DNA from: Spirochaetia bacterium | GTDB lineage: Bacteria > Spirochaetota > Spirochaetia > DSM-27196 > PWMO01 | Length of the DNA stretch: 64,000 bases | NCBI GenBank assembly: GCA_041686235.1 | Contig: JAWLED010000001.1 | Span: forward strand, 34,524 to 98,523 | Direction of reading: 5' to 3' | The notes under the pieces: generated by a model | Databases searched by the model: none | What the model was told of the DNA's origin: nothing | Seen by the model: the letters and a program-made list of their open reading frames with translations, nothing else | Translations under genes and position numbers: made by a program | Shown here: one piece after another, positions 46,574-56,060 of the stretch | Position numbering within the stretch: position 1 is the first letter of the stretch | Layout: the number at the start of each line of letters is the position of its first letter

Positions 46574-47248
46574 TCATCCGCGCATGAGCTCCGAGAGCCG
46601 TATCCACTCGCCGCGATCGCCCCGACGGTAGCGGCGGTAGGGCTCACCGTCCGGCGAGGAGATGAACCGGCGGTTCAACCGGTCGAGCTCGTCATTAACC
46701 TCGGCCATGTCGATGCGGCCATGATAGTCGAAATACGCCCCCGCGTGCTCCCGGGATAGGTGAGCGAAGTTCAAATCGCACCAGGCATCGATATGGCTGT
46801 TTCCGGGTACCTGCGCCCCCGTCTCGTCGTACTCATAAAGCCGGTAGGCAAGCGGTAAGCCGTGGGTCCGGCAGATGACCGGCCGCGCGGCATACACCGT
46901 ACACTCTCCCTCGCGACCGAGAAAGGCGCACCGCCGTCGTCGTTCTTGCTGATACGGGTTCGCCGTCGTTCCGTAGGGCGTGCGATCGCGGCTCCCCCGT
47001 GCGGCACGCTCTTCGGGAGTGTGGCCCTCGTCCTGCGGCGGCCCGCCGAGTTGCTCGGGGCGGGGATACCCGCCCTCCTCGAGGGCGCGCCTCAGCGCTT
47101 CGTATTCGATCGGCAGTACCGAGATATCCTCGCAGCAGAAAAAGCATCCGCGCCGACACTGCACTTCCTCGGCGTAGCGCTCGAACAAGTCCTTGCTCCA
47201 TCGGCTCGCGGATCTGCGGAGCTCATAGTACTCATCGAGAGGTGACAT
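46574..47248 (-). CDS. YkgJ-family Cys-cluster protein (UPF0153) with charged insert
   Basis: CRRGCFFCCED and a downstream RCAFLGREGECTVYAARPVICRTHG motif. ATG 47248. Confidence 0.75.
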   Translation of the reverse strand: MSPLDEYYELRRSASRWSKDLFERYAEEVQCRRGCFFCCEDISVLPIEYEALRRALEEGGYPRPEQLGGPPQDEGHTPEERAARGSRDRTPYGTTANPYQQERRRRCAFLGREGECTVYAARPVICRTHGLPLAYRLYEYDETGAQVPGNSHIDAWCDLNFAHLSREHAGAYFDYHGRIDMAEVNDELDRLNRRFISSPDGEPYRRYRRGDRGEWIRLSELMRG

Positions 47249-47421
47249 GTTCGCCCCCACCTTCCGGTTCGCGCTCCAGTCGCAGGTTGCAGGCGAGCTC
47301 GTCGAGGCCCGCTTGCTCGTCGACGTCTAGAATTTCGTAGTGCTTAGAACTCAGCATGGCCGGCTGCCGTCATTCGGCGCCGGCTTCGAGCGACTCTACC
47401 CGGCCTGTCACCGGCAAACGC

Positions 47422-47892
47422 TTACTGCGGCGGATTCTCGTCGAGGATGTCGGAGATCTTCTCCCAGGCCTCTTCCCGGAATCTCTGAAACTGCTCGGCG
47501 CTCTCGTCGTCGTCGAGGTAAGCCAACAGGCCTTCCGCCTGCCGGATGAGGAGCTCGTGAGCTTCGATCATGTTTTCTATGATGCCGCGATCGCCTTCAG
47601 AGACCACGTTCCGATCTACGAGCTGCCGGAGGGCCTCTGCCGAGCTCTCGTGAAGAGCGATCGATTCCTCGGCAAGATCCTCTGCTGTAGACTGTTGGTA
47701 ATTACCGCTCGCATACCCGTCTGCAACGGTAGCCAATACGACATACGAGGAATAGAGGTTAGACGCGCCGAGCGAGCCAACGGCATACAGCGCGGGGTCG
47801 TCTTCCTGCGCAACCGCGGCAGACGTAACAGCCAGGAACAAAACGATGACAATACTCAACACCGACGCTCGACCTGCATAGCTACGTTTCAT
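47422..47892 (-). CDS. Secreted helical protein, unknown function
   Basis: Signal peptide MKRSYAGRASVLSIVIVLFLAVTSAAVAQ with an acidic helical remainder. Confidence 0.55.
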   Translation of the reverse strand: MKRSYAGRASVLSIVIVLFLAVTSAAVAQEDDPALYAVGSLGASNLYSSYVVLATVADGYASGNYQQSTAEDLAEESIALHESSAEALRQLVDRNVVSEGDRGIIENMIEAHELLIRQAEGLLAYLDDDESAEQFQRFREEAWEKISDILDENPPQ

Positions 47893-47916
47893 AGTCTGCT
47901 TGGAACTCTATACCGG

Positions 47917-50916
47917 TTAGAGATGAAGTTCAAGCGTCCGTTCCAGTAACCCCGGGTATTGTTCGGCGGCCTCTTCGACCGCCGATCTCGAGCCCATTAC
48001 GCTCGCATGTGCATCGGTGAACCGCCCCGCCAAGCGCCGAGCGGCCTCCTGCACATCCGGCACCTCGACACCAAGAAGCTGATCGCGATTCCACTGCCGC
48101 AACTCGTCGGAAATGCCATACAACGCCCGCTTGAGGCTCACAATGCATTTCTGCCCCGGCGAAAGCGGTCTCGAATCCTGTCCCACACCTGAGATTATTG
48201 CAAGATCGAGGCTTGCCCGATCCACTCCACTGAGCGAGGTTTCCTCGAGGCCACGTCGAAACGCGTCGATGGTTTCGGCGATTTGGGGGTCGCGGTAGGA
48301 AGCAAACGAGAATACCCGCTCGAGCGCTCGGCTTCCGGCCATGGCCCCGTAGGCACCGCCTTTCATCCGAATCTCTTCCCAGAGAAACCCGGTGCGAAGC
48401 AGGTGGGCCAGCACGGACTCCGGCACGTGCTCGGGTTCCCGCACGTGCGCCCCCTCCACGCTCGCGCCGACGTAGTTGACGCTTGCACTAACGAGAATCG
48501 ATTCGTAACGCGTGGTCGCCGCCGGGGACTGCGGCTCGGGCGTTTGCAGTGCGGCCGGCTCCGGACCGGCGGCCTGAGCCGCCGGGGACTGCGGCGCCGC
48601 GGACTGCGGTTCCGCCGCCTGCGTTTCGCCCGGCAAGCCTGCAACAAACTCCTGTGTGAGCGAAACGACGTCCTCGCGCACGTCCTCTTCACAGGCGACG
48701 GCCACGTGAGCACCACTTTGCCGAATTACCGCACGACGAAGCTCCTCGAGCCGGCCGGCCACCGTATCGATCGGCTCATTTGAAAGCTGCTCGAGGAACA
48801 CCAGCTGGCTCAAGCCCTTCCACCGCTCCTCGATCTCCGACGTCCTCGAGAGGCCGCGCGCACTGCGCAGGCTCACATAAGAGTGTCCCGAGGGGAGCAC
48901 CGAGCTTCGAAAGTCGTTTCTGAGCTCCTGAAGTACCGCCTCGAGTCGCTCATGGTTGCCGAAGTCGGGTCGGACGAACACGCCCTCGAGAAGCGAAAGC
49001 GCGTCACTGAGGGAATGCGGCAGCGCCTTGAGCCGCACGAACAGATGCCGGCGAATATCGTTCTCGTCCTCGACGCGCGTGCCGGCATCGAGGCGAAAGG
49101 ACAGCCCGCCGGCGTGGGTCGCCAACTCGCGGGCGAGGTCCTCGTAGGCCATATCGGTCAGGCCGCACTCGGTGGCCACCGAGGTGTAGAGCGTCAGGTA
49201 GTCCTGCAAATGCTCGGGTACGTGGGAGAGATCGAAGGCAACGTCGAGATAGACCACTCCGTTGGTAAAGAGCTCATGCGTCATAAGGGGAACACCCGGC
49301 GCCGCTTCTTGTTGATCGAACGGAATGCTTTCGACGGTGCGAGGCAGGTCGTCGACGGTGAGAAATGGAATCTTTGCAATGTCCTCGGGTGCGTCGGGCT
49401 CACTTTGAATTGCCGATAACCGTTCTTGCTTCTCCCGCACCCGCTGCTTTTCAGCTTCATCCATCTGTTCGAGCTTTTCGCGGAGCTCCGACTCCTCCGC
49501 CTCCCGGTGGCGCTGCGCCTCCTCGGCGTCGGGCTCGACGATGAGCGTCGAGCGATGCGGATTCTCGAGCAGATGCTGTTCTATGAGTGACTCGAAAAAC
49601 CGCGGCTCTCGCTCTATCCGCTCGCGAAGCGACTCGAAAACCCGCGTAAACTCGAGCGTTTTTTCGGGAGCTTCTCCGTGCAGCCATCCGCGAAGAGACC
49701 GTCGCATAAGTCGCAAGCCAAAGGGGCCCCCACGGATTTCCCGGTTTCGAAACTCCACCGATCGTAACGCCGCCGTCACGAGCTCCGATTCGATGCCTTC
49801 ACGCACTAACCGGCGTAGCTCGCCGAGGATGAGCTCCTCGATCTCTGGGGCTCGCTCGGCCTCGGTGCCTCTCATGCCCACCGAAAAGCCCATCTCCAGC
49901 AACTCGGTTTCCAAGCCGGTAGGCGCCGAGAGATCCTCGCCGAGGGGGGACTCGGCAATGGCACGATACAACGGCGAGCCGGAGTGTCCGAGGAGAATCG
50001 CCGAGAGCACCTCGAAGGCCAGCGTCTGAAAGGAATCCGTTACCGGCGGGAGCAGCCAGTTGAGCGTTACCGACGAACGAGACTCTTCCTCTTCGTTGTC
50101 GATGGGGTATGTCTTGGTGAGTCTCACCGGCTCGCTCCAGCGCGGCTGCCGAGCGATAGGTACCTCGCCCGGCTCCACCGGATCGAACGCGGACAAGAAC
50201 TCCTCCTCGAGGAACTCCAGATACCGCTCGGTTTCGATGTTCCCATAGAGGAATATGCGGGCATTTTGTGGGTGATAGTAACGACGGTGGAAGTCAACGA
50301 AGCGTTCGTAGTCGAGCGAGGGAATGACCTGTGGGTCGCCGCCCGAGTCGTGGCCATACGGGGTGTCCGGCAGTAAGGAGCGCAGCGACCACTCCTCGGC
50401 AATCGAGTCGTGGGTGGAGTAATTGCCCTTCATCTCGTTATAGACGACGCCGGTTCGCTCGAGTGCCCCGTTCTCGTCGAACTGAATACGGTGGCCCTCC
50501 TGGGCAAACATTTCGGGGCGGATAAGCGGAAAGAATACCGCGTCCCCGTACACCTTCATGATGTTGAAGAGATCTGCCTCTACGGGACTGGCGGCCGGAT
50601 ACACCGTCTTATCCGGGAAGGTCATCGCGTTGAGGAAGGTGTTCATGCTTCCCCGCATGAGCACGAGAAAAGGATCTTTGAGCGGATAGCGCTTCGAGCC
50701 ACACAACACGGTATGCTCGAGGATATGAGCTATGCCGGAGGAGTCCGCCGGGGGCGTCTTGAACGCAAAAGCAAAGACGTTTTCCGGGTCTTCGTTATGT
50801 ACGTGATAGACCTCGCATCCGGTGGCCTGGTGACGGTACAGGCGACCCTCGGAGCGATACTCTTGCAGCGGGCTGGTGGAAATCGGCTCGAAGCCGTGGA
50901 TGGTCGTATTCTTCAT
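47917..50916 (-). CDS. M16C-family metallopeptidase (PreP/presequence-protease-like)
   Basis: HILEHTVLCGSKRYPLKDPF (HxxEH). About 1000 aa in four-domain length. Contains a Pro/Ala/Gln-rich insert. ATG 50916 preferred over TTG 50928. Confidence 0.9.
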   Translation of the reverse strand: MKNTTIHGFEPISTSPLQEYRSEGRLYRHQATGCEVYHVHNEDPENVFAFAFKTPPADSSGIAHILEHTVLCGSKRYPLKDPFLVLMRGSMNTFLNAMTFPDKTVYPAASPVEADLFNIMKVYGDAVFFPLIRPEMFAQEGHRIQFDENGALERTGVVYNEMKGNYSTHDSIAEEWSLRSLLPDTPYGHDSGGDPQVIPSLDYERFVDFHRRYYHPQNARIFLYGNIETERYLEFLEEEFLSAFDPVEPGEVPIARQPRWSEPVRLTKTYPIDNEEEESRSSVTLNWLLPPVTDSFQTLAFEVLSAILLGHSGSPLYRAIAESPLGEDLSAPTGLETELLEMGFSVGMRGTEAERAPEIEELILGELRRLVREGIESELVTAALRSVEFRNREIRGGPFGLRLMRRSLRGWLHGEAPEKTLEFTRVFESLRERIEREPRFFESLIEQHLLENPHRSTLIVEPDAEEAQRHREAEESELREKLEQMDEAEKQRVREKQERLSAIQSEPDAPEDIAKIPFLTVDDLPRTVESIPFDQQEAAPGVPLMTHELFTNGVVYLDVAFDLSHVPEHLQDYLTLYTSVATECGLTDMAYEDLARELATHAGGLSFRLDAGTRVEDENDIRRHLFVRLKALPHSLSDALSLLEGVFVRPDFGNHERLEAVLQELRNDFRSSVLPSGHSYVSLRSARGLSRTSEIEERWKGLSQLVFLEQLSNEPIDTVAGRLEELRRAVIRQSGAHVAVACEEDVREDVVSLTQEFVAGLPGETQAAEPQSAAPQSPAAQAAGPEPAALQTPEPQSPAATTRYESILVSASVNYVGASVEGAHVREPEHVPESVLAHLLRTGFLWEEIRMKGGAYGAMAGSRALERVFSFASYRDPQIAETIDAFRRGLEETSLSGVDRASLDLAIISGVGQDSRPLSPGQKCIVSLKRALYGISDELRQWNRDQLLGVEVPDVQEAARRLAGRFTDAHASVMGSRSAVEEAAEQYPGLLERTLELHL

Positions 50917-50976
50917 GTGATGTTCCAATGGTATGATGGTATAGTATAGGAGCCTCGGTTCCTTGGGATCGGGGTT

Positions 50977-51309
50977 TCAATCGCGAACGAGCTTGCCGGG
51001 CCAATCGCCTACGCCGCCGAAGTTGGTCACGTTGCGATACCCCATCGAGACGAGCACGTTCCGGGCGAACTCTGAACGGTTGCCGCTGCGGCAGTATAGT
51101 ATGATACGGGCATCTTTGTCGTCGGTCGGCGGGTCATCGAAGATCCGTTCGTGGGAGATGTTCTTTGCGGTGGGAATATGCCCTAACCGATATTCGTCCG
51201 GCGTTCGCACGTCGACGAGGATGATACCCCGCGGGTTCTCACTAACGAGCCGAACAAGCTCACTACCGCTGAGACCGCCGCTGTCGGATGAATTCGAGAA
51301 TAGCCTCAC
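50977..51309 (-). CDS. Single-domain rhodanese sulfurtransferase
   Basis: ILVDVRTPDEYRLGHIP and active-site loop LYCRSGNRS. GTG 51309 has AAGGAGGA 5 nt upstream; the track start is 51372. Confidence 0.8.
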   Translation of the reverse strand: MRLFSNSSDSGGLSGSELVRLVSENPRGIILVDVRTPDEYRLGHIPTAKNISHERIFDDPPTDDKDARIILYCRSGNRSEFARNVLVSMGYRNVTNFGGVGDWPGKLVRD

Positions 51310-51323
51310 GTCTTCCTCCTTAC

Positions 51324-52052
51324 CTAATCCGTATTCGACAAAGCTTCCATGACGTGGTCGACGAGCTCCCACGCCGTGCGGGATGCCTGCTGCACGAATT
51401 GAGCGAAGTTCACCGAGGTCGAGGCGTCCGCCTTGTCCGAGATGGTGCGCATGATGAGGAACGGGATCTCGTTAACCGTGGCAACAAGTCCCGCGGAGGC
51501 TCCCTCCATTTCCACTGCGTCCCCGGCCAACTCGTCGCGAAGGTAACGGTCCGATGCGTCCTTCGAAGTTACGATGAATCTATCGCCGGTGAGAACCCGC
51601 CCTACCCGAACGGTTCCCGTACTCGGGCGGCACGTGCGGGCCAAAGCAACGAGCTGCGGGTCGCACGAGAGGATGCGGTAGGGTGTGTAGGGTACCTCAC
51701 CAAGCTCGAAGCCCAGTGCGGTTACGTCCATGTCGTACTGCATACAGGACTCCGCGATGAGCGTGTCACCAATTTCCAGCGCGGGATTGAGCGCTCCGGC
51801 CACACCGGTAAACAAAATGCGACTCGGTGCGTAGCGGTCTGTAAGGTACTGAGTCAGCATTGCCGAGAGGCTCTTGCCCACTCCGGAGCGCGAAATGACG
51901 ACCTCATGCCCGCGAATGCTGCCTTCGCTCACGGTGTAGCCACGCCGGTTTGAAATGCTCCTCACATCTGCGTGCTCGCGAAACGCCTCGACCTCATCAT
52001 CCAGCGCTCCCAAGATCAGTGTCCGATCGAGATTCGCGTTTTCAGGGCTCAC
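51324..52052 (-). CDS. mtnN: 5'-methylthioadenosine/S-adenosylhomocysteine nucleosidase
   Basis: ILGALDDEVEAF, SGVGKSLSAM and AVEMEGASAG. GTG 52052 overlaps the upstream TGA stop (GTGA). Confidence 0.85.
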   Translation of the reverse strand: MSPENANLDRTLILGALDDEVEAFREHADVRSISNRRGYTVSEGSIRGHEVVISRSGVGKSLSAMLTQYLTDRYAPSRILFTGVAGALNPALEIGDTLIAESCMQYDMDVTALGFELGEVPYTPYRILSCDPQLVALARTCRPSTGTVRVGRVLTGDRFIVTSKDASDRYLRDELAGDAVEMEGASAGLVATVNEIPFLIMRTISDKADASTSVNFAQFVQQASRTAWELVDHVMEALSNTD

Positions 52053-53299
52053 AGCACCTCCTGCAGGCGATCGAGCGCTTGCCGCAACACCGCCCGAGGC
52101 GTCGCAATATTCAGCCGCTGATACCCGGCGCCGCCGGGCCCGAAAACCGGTCCATCGCTCAGCCACACCCCGGCCTGCGAACGCAACCGGCGCGTAAGCT
52201 CAGCACCGTCCCAACCGCGCGTTGATAGAAGCTCCCGCATGTCGAGCCACGCGACAAACGTTCCTTCATGGCGCACCATCTCGATTCCCTCGAAATCGGC
52301 TTCCAGGCGCCGACCGAGATAGAGAGCGTTTTCTTCGAGATAGCTCAAAAGCTCATCAAGCCACGGCCCTCCGTGGCGGTAAGCGGCGGTAGCGGCAACG
52401 GCCCCGAGCGGGTTTATGAGCGAATGCCCCGCCGCCCCGAGTGCGGCTTTGAGCCGGTGTCGGGTTTGCGTATCCGGCACGATTGCTTGCGACTCCGCAA
52501 TACCGGGTATATTGAAGGTCTTGCTCGGCGAACGGCAGACCACCGATTGTTCCACCGCTTTGCCTGAGAGATGGAGCAGCGAGCTAAACTCATATCCCGG
52601 CATGATGATATCGCAATGAATCTCATCGGAAACAATGCGCACGTCATAGGCTGCGCAAAGGTCGGTGAGAGCAGCGAGCTCCGAGCGAGTCCACACCCGG
52701 GCGACGGGGTTATGCGGAGAGCACAACAGCAACAGCCGCACCCCGTTACGGAACTGCCCCTCGAGCTCTTCGAGGTTCATGCGATACTGTCCCGCCTCGT
52801 CGCGGATGAGCGGGTTATACACCAGCCGCCGCCCCTTGTCTTTGACGGCCATGTAAAACGGGAAATACACCGGAGGCTGGACCACCACGCCTTCTCCCGG
52901 CTCGGTAAACGCGTCCACGGCCGCGCGCACCATGGGCATGACGCCTTCGGCGGTGAGCATCTCGCCCTTTGATACCTCGATCCCGTGCCGTGTATGCATG
53001 AACTCGGCAACCGCGTCTCTATAGCCTTCCGGTTCGAGGCTGTAGCCGAAAATCTCGTGATCCACGCGCTCGCGCAACGCGTGCGCGATCTCGGGCGGAC
53101 AGCTGAAGTCCATGTCGGCCACCCATAAGGGTATTACTTGGTCGCTCGGCACGGGGCCGCCGACGGCGGGATACCCCGCTGCGGAACGCTCGGTTTCACT
53201 CCCCTCCGTTTTCCCGGAATCCGGGCGTGGAGCCCGCATGTCCCACTTTATGCTTGCCGTTCCCCGGCGGTCGATAAAACCGTCAAAATCGTAGCTCAT
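52049..53299 (-). CDS. PLP-dependent C-S lyase (MalY/PatB-type aminotransferase class I/II)
   Basis: FIDRRGTASIKWD...PLWVADMDF and the PLP-Lys context SPSKTFNIPG. Confidence 0.85.
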   Translation of the reverse strand: MSYDFDGFIDRRGTASIKWDMRAPRPDSGKTEGSETERSAAGYPAVGGPVPSDQVIPLWVADMDFSCPPEIAHALRERVDHEIFGYSLEPEGYRDAVAEFMHTRHGIEVSKGEMLTAEGVMPMVRAAVDAFTEPGEGVVVQPPVYFPFYMAVKDKGRRLVYNPLIRDEAGQYRMNLEELEGQFRNGVRLLLLCSPHNPVARVWTRSELAALTDLCAAYDVRIVSDEIHCDIIMPGYEFSSLLHLSGKAVEQSVVCRSPSKTFNIPGIAESQAIVPDTQTRHRLKAALGAAGHSLINPLGAVAATAAYRHGGPWLDELLSYLEENALYLGRRLEADFEGIEMVRHEGTFVAWLDMRELLSTRGWDGAELTRRLRSQAGVWLSDGPVFGPGGAGYQRLNIATPRAVLRQALDRLQEVL

Positions 53300-53407
53300 A
53301 GCCGGTTAGTATAGCGGCCACATCAAAGCCGTGCAAATCCCACCTCTCGAACGTCCCCCTATCGGATCCATTTTGTGGAACTCTTCTCGTTTATTATACT
53401 TAGGGTT

Positions 53408-54748
53408 ATGGAAAAGCAGGAGACAGCGGAGTACGCGCCGGAGCATAACCGAGAAACCGGAGGAACCTGGGAGAGCTGGAACAAGAACATCGTTCACACC
53501 TATTCCGCGCTCTCTGTTCCCCGCACCGAGGAGGAGCTCGCCGAAGCCGTACGCAGGGCCGACAACGTCCGGGTATTCGGGGGAAAGCAGTCATCGGCGG
53601 ACATAGCCGCCGGGACGGAACACCTTATAGACGTTACGCAGTACAACGCCGTGGTGGCCGTCGACGAGCAGGCTCGCCGTATTACCGTGCAGAGCGGAAT
53701 GCAGCTTCGCGAGCTCATGCAGGAGATCGAGAGCCGCGGCTGGACGCTGCCGTGCCTGCCCGACATTGATACCGTGACGATCGGCGGCGCTGTTGCTACC
53801 GCCACCCATGGGACCGCCGGGGGCGCACACCCGATCGGGGAATACATGGTGGGCGCCCGCCTTATACAGGCGGACGGATCCATCGAAGCGGTGGACGAGA
53901 CAAGCGAGATCATGCCCGCTTTGAGAACTTCGCTGGGGACTCTCGGCGTGCTTTCCACGGTGACCTTCGAGCTCGCGCCGCTCTACTACTTGCGAGTCGA
54001 GGAACAGGCTATACCCGACGATACGTGGCTCGCAAACTATCGGCGCTGGCTCGAGGAGTACGAGTTTGTCCGCATCATCTGGCTGCCCCATACCGGCTAC
54101 GGCTGGGTGGTGCTCGGTGAGCGTATCGATGCGGACGAGCCGGTCGAAGAGCGCTCAGCTCCTCGCTACGTGCGACACCGTCGGGAAATGTCAAAGTTTC
54201 TCTACAAGCGAACCGTGCGCTTTCCGCGGTTCACGCGCCTCGCAAATCGTCTGCTTCGCAAGCTGTTTTTCTCGCACCGGATCGTAAAGAAGGGCACGCT
54301 CTACGGGGCCACGGTCACCAAATCTCGAGGCTCGACGCTCGAGCTTGCCGAATGGACGGTGGCAATGGAGCGCTTCGAGGACCTCTTTTCCGAGCTCCGA
54401 AGCGCCCTCGAAAGTAGCGAAAACGATGCCTGGGCGCATATTCCAATGGACATACGCTTTCTCCGCGGTGACGAGAGCTGGTTGAGCACCGCTTACGGAC
54501 GGGACACCGTGACCGTCGGCTGCGTCACCCGTAACCCGGAGCACGCAGACGAGTATCGCGCCTTTGATCTCGTGGAAGACCTCTTTCTAAGCTACGAGGG
54601 GCGGCCCCACTGGGCGAAACGCTTTCGAGCCAAAGCACCGGAGCTCGCGCCGCTGTATCCCCGGTGGGACGATTTCCGTGCCCTCAGACGGCGCATGGAC
54701 CCACGGGGGAAGTTCCTCAACGGCTATTTGAAGCAGCTCTTCGAGTAG
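53408..54748 (+). CDS. FAD-linked oxidase, D-arabinono-/L-gulono-1,4-lactone oxidase-like
   Basis: FAD_binding_4-like N-terminal half (VFGGKQSS...TVQSGMQLREL...GGAVATATHGT) and ALO-type C-terminus GRPHWAKRF. ATG 53408 follows a TATTATACT box. Confidence 0.8.
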   Translation: MEKQETAEYAPEHNRETGGTWESWNKNIVHTYSALSVPRTEEELAEAVRRADNVRVFGGKQSSADIAAGTEHLIDVTQYNAVVAVDEQARRITVQSGMQLRELMQEIESRGWTLPCLPDIDTVTIGGAVATATHGTAGGAHPIGEYMVGARLIQADGSIEAVDETSEIMPALRTSLGTLGVLSTVTFELAPLYYLRVEEQAIPDDTWLANYRRWLEEYEFVRIIWLPHTGYGWVVLGERIDADEPVEERSAPRYVRHRREMSKFLYKRTVRFPRFTRLANRLLRKLFFSHRIVKKGTLYGATVTKSRGSTLELAEWTVAMERFEDLFSELRSALESSENDAWAHIPMDIRFLRGDESWLSTAYGRDTVTVGCVTRNPEHADEYRAFDLVEDLFLSYEGRPHWAKRFRAKAPELAPLYPRWDDFRALRRRMDPRGKFLNGYLKQLFE

Positions 54749-54762
54749 GCGCGCAGGCCGGC

Positions 54763-54851
54763 GGGGCACGGCCGCGGGGCTTCGCGGCGGGCAGACCGCC
54801 GGGGCACGGCCGCGGGGCTTCGCAGCGGGCAGACCGCCGGGGCACGGCCGC
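54763..54851. repeat. GC-rich 38-bp tandem repeat (2.3 copies)
   Basis: GGGGCACGGCCGCGGGGCTTCGC(G/A)GCGGGCAGACCGCC at 54763-54800 and 54801-54838 (1 mismatch), plus the first 13 nt again at 54839-54851. Degenerate echoes at 54751-54762 and 54911-54923. Confidence 0.75.
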
Positions 54852-54977
54852 TGCCGCCCTGCGGCCCGCGGCGGGCCGCCGCCCCGGGTCCTGGATCGCC
54901 CGCGCGGCGGCCGGCGGGGCACGCGCGGCGGCCGGCGCCTACTTGCACGCCACGGTGTAAATCGATATTTTTAGATC

Positions 54978-55997
54978 GTGTCTTCCAACATGCTTCGCCT
55001 CCGCGCCCGTATCTTGCACATAATCCGCAGTTTTTTCACCGACCGGGACTACCTCGAAGTCGACACCCCAATGCTTGCTCCGACGCTCATCCCCGAGGCG
55101 CATTTGGAGGTGTTCGAGACAACCCTCGTCCACCCCGACCGTGGGCGCCGCCCCCTCTATCTCGTTCCCTCCCCGGAGGTGTGGATCAAGCGGCTGCTTG
55201 CAGAGGGCGTTGGCAGCGTCTTTCAGTTGGGAAAGTCTTTTCGAAACGGCGAATCGGTGGGAAGACTCCACGCACCGGAGTTCACGATGCTCGAATACTA
55301 CACGGTGGGCGCCGGTTACCTCGAATCCATCGAGATCACCGAAACCCTCCTTTCTGCGGTCCGAGAGCAAGCGGGCAAGCAGCTCGCCGAGTACCGAACA
55401 GCCCGGGGGCTGGAGCCGAAGCCGCCTGAGCTCAGCAGGGCGGGCGAGCGCGTCTCGGTGTCTCAGGCGTTTGAGCGCTACGTAGGCGCCGGCTCGCAGG
55501 ACATTACCAGTATCGAGGCCCTACACAGCCTATCATTTCGAAACGGCGTGCAAAGCCGCGAGGACGATACCTATGAGGAGGCGTTTAATCGGTTACTGGT
55601 ACACCTGGTAGAACCCGAGCTCCCGCGCGACCGTCCGGTCTATCTCTATGACTATCCGGCGGCCATCCCCACGCTGGCCGCCGATAAGCCGGGCACTGCG
55701 TGGTGCGAACGGTGGGAGCTTTACCTCGGTGGGATAGAAACGGCAAACTGCTACACCGAAGAGCGCGATCCGCAGAAGGTGAAAGACTTTTTTTCGGCGG
55801 AGAGTGCGCGAAAGGCCGATTCGCTCGTCCCACACCCCGTAGACGACGGGTATTATCAACTTTTCGGCGACAATTTCCCCTATTGCTCGGGTGTTGCTAT
55901 GGGCGTAGAACGGCTTCTCATGATACTATTAGGGGAAAGGTCAATTAAGAGTGTTGTGCCGTTTACCGCGCTGTCGGAAAAAGGGCACGGGAGTTGA
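54978..55997 (+). CDS. epmA: EF-P lysine aminoacylase (LysRS-class-II paralog, GenX/PoxA)
   Basis: YLEVDTPML and FRNGESVGRLHAPEFTMLEYY (class II motif 2). Lies directly upstream of efp. Start is GTG 54978 or ATG 54990. Confidence 0.85.
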   Translation: MSSNMLRLRARILHIIRSFFTDRDYLEVDTPMLAPTLIPEAHLEVFETTLVHPDRGRRPLYLVPSPEVWIKRLLAEGVGSVFQLGKSFRNGESVGRLHAPEFTMLEYYTVGAGYLESIEITETLLSAVREQAGKQLAEYRTARGLEPKPPELSRAGERVSVSQAFERYVGAGSQDITSIEALHSLSFRNGVQSREDDTYEEAFNRLLVHLVEPELPRDRPVYLYDYPAAIPTLAADKPGTAWCERWELYLGGIETANCYTEERDPQKVKDFFSAESARKADSLVPHPVDDGYYQLFGDNFPYCSGVAMGVERLLMILLGERSIKSVVPFTALSEKGHGS

Positions 55998-56060
55998 CCT
56001 GATTCCTAATTTATTCGTTGAAATACCGACAATTCTGAGCCAAACTGAAAGAAGGAGCGT

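Noticed and set aside
45100-46647. N-terminally extended versions of genes as given in the track. Examples are trkA to 46647, murB from 23317, the small protein to 34180, the rhodanese to 51372, mtnN to 52166 and the permease to 30568.
   Set aside because: The extensions lack homology-like sequence, run through the upstream gene or a predicted promoter, and in most cases a downstream start has a good RBS or a stop/start overlap (murB's GTG 23461 has neither). The shorter forms match normal family lengths.
47232-47357. A 41-codon ORF (MLSSKHYEILDVDEQAGLDELACNLRLEREPEGGGEHVTSR) in the gap upstream of the YkgJ-family gene.
   Set aside because: It has no Shine-Dalgarno sequence and no recognisable motif, and it overlaps the ykgJ start out of frame. 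It cannot be distinguished from chance in a GC-rich spacer.
54587-54960. Track ORFs of 74-111 aa on both strands across the GC-rich repeat region.
   Set aside because: They translate to Ala/Arg/Gly/Pro strings generated by the 38-bp repeat. They lack an RBS and overlap one another in several frames.
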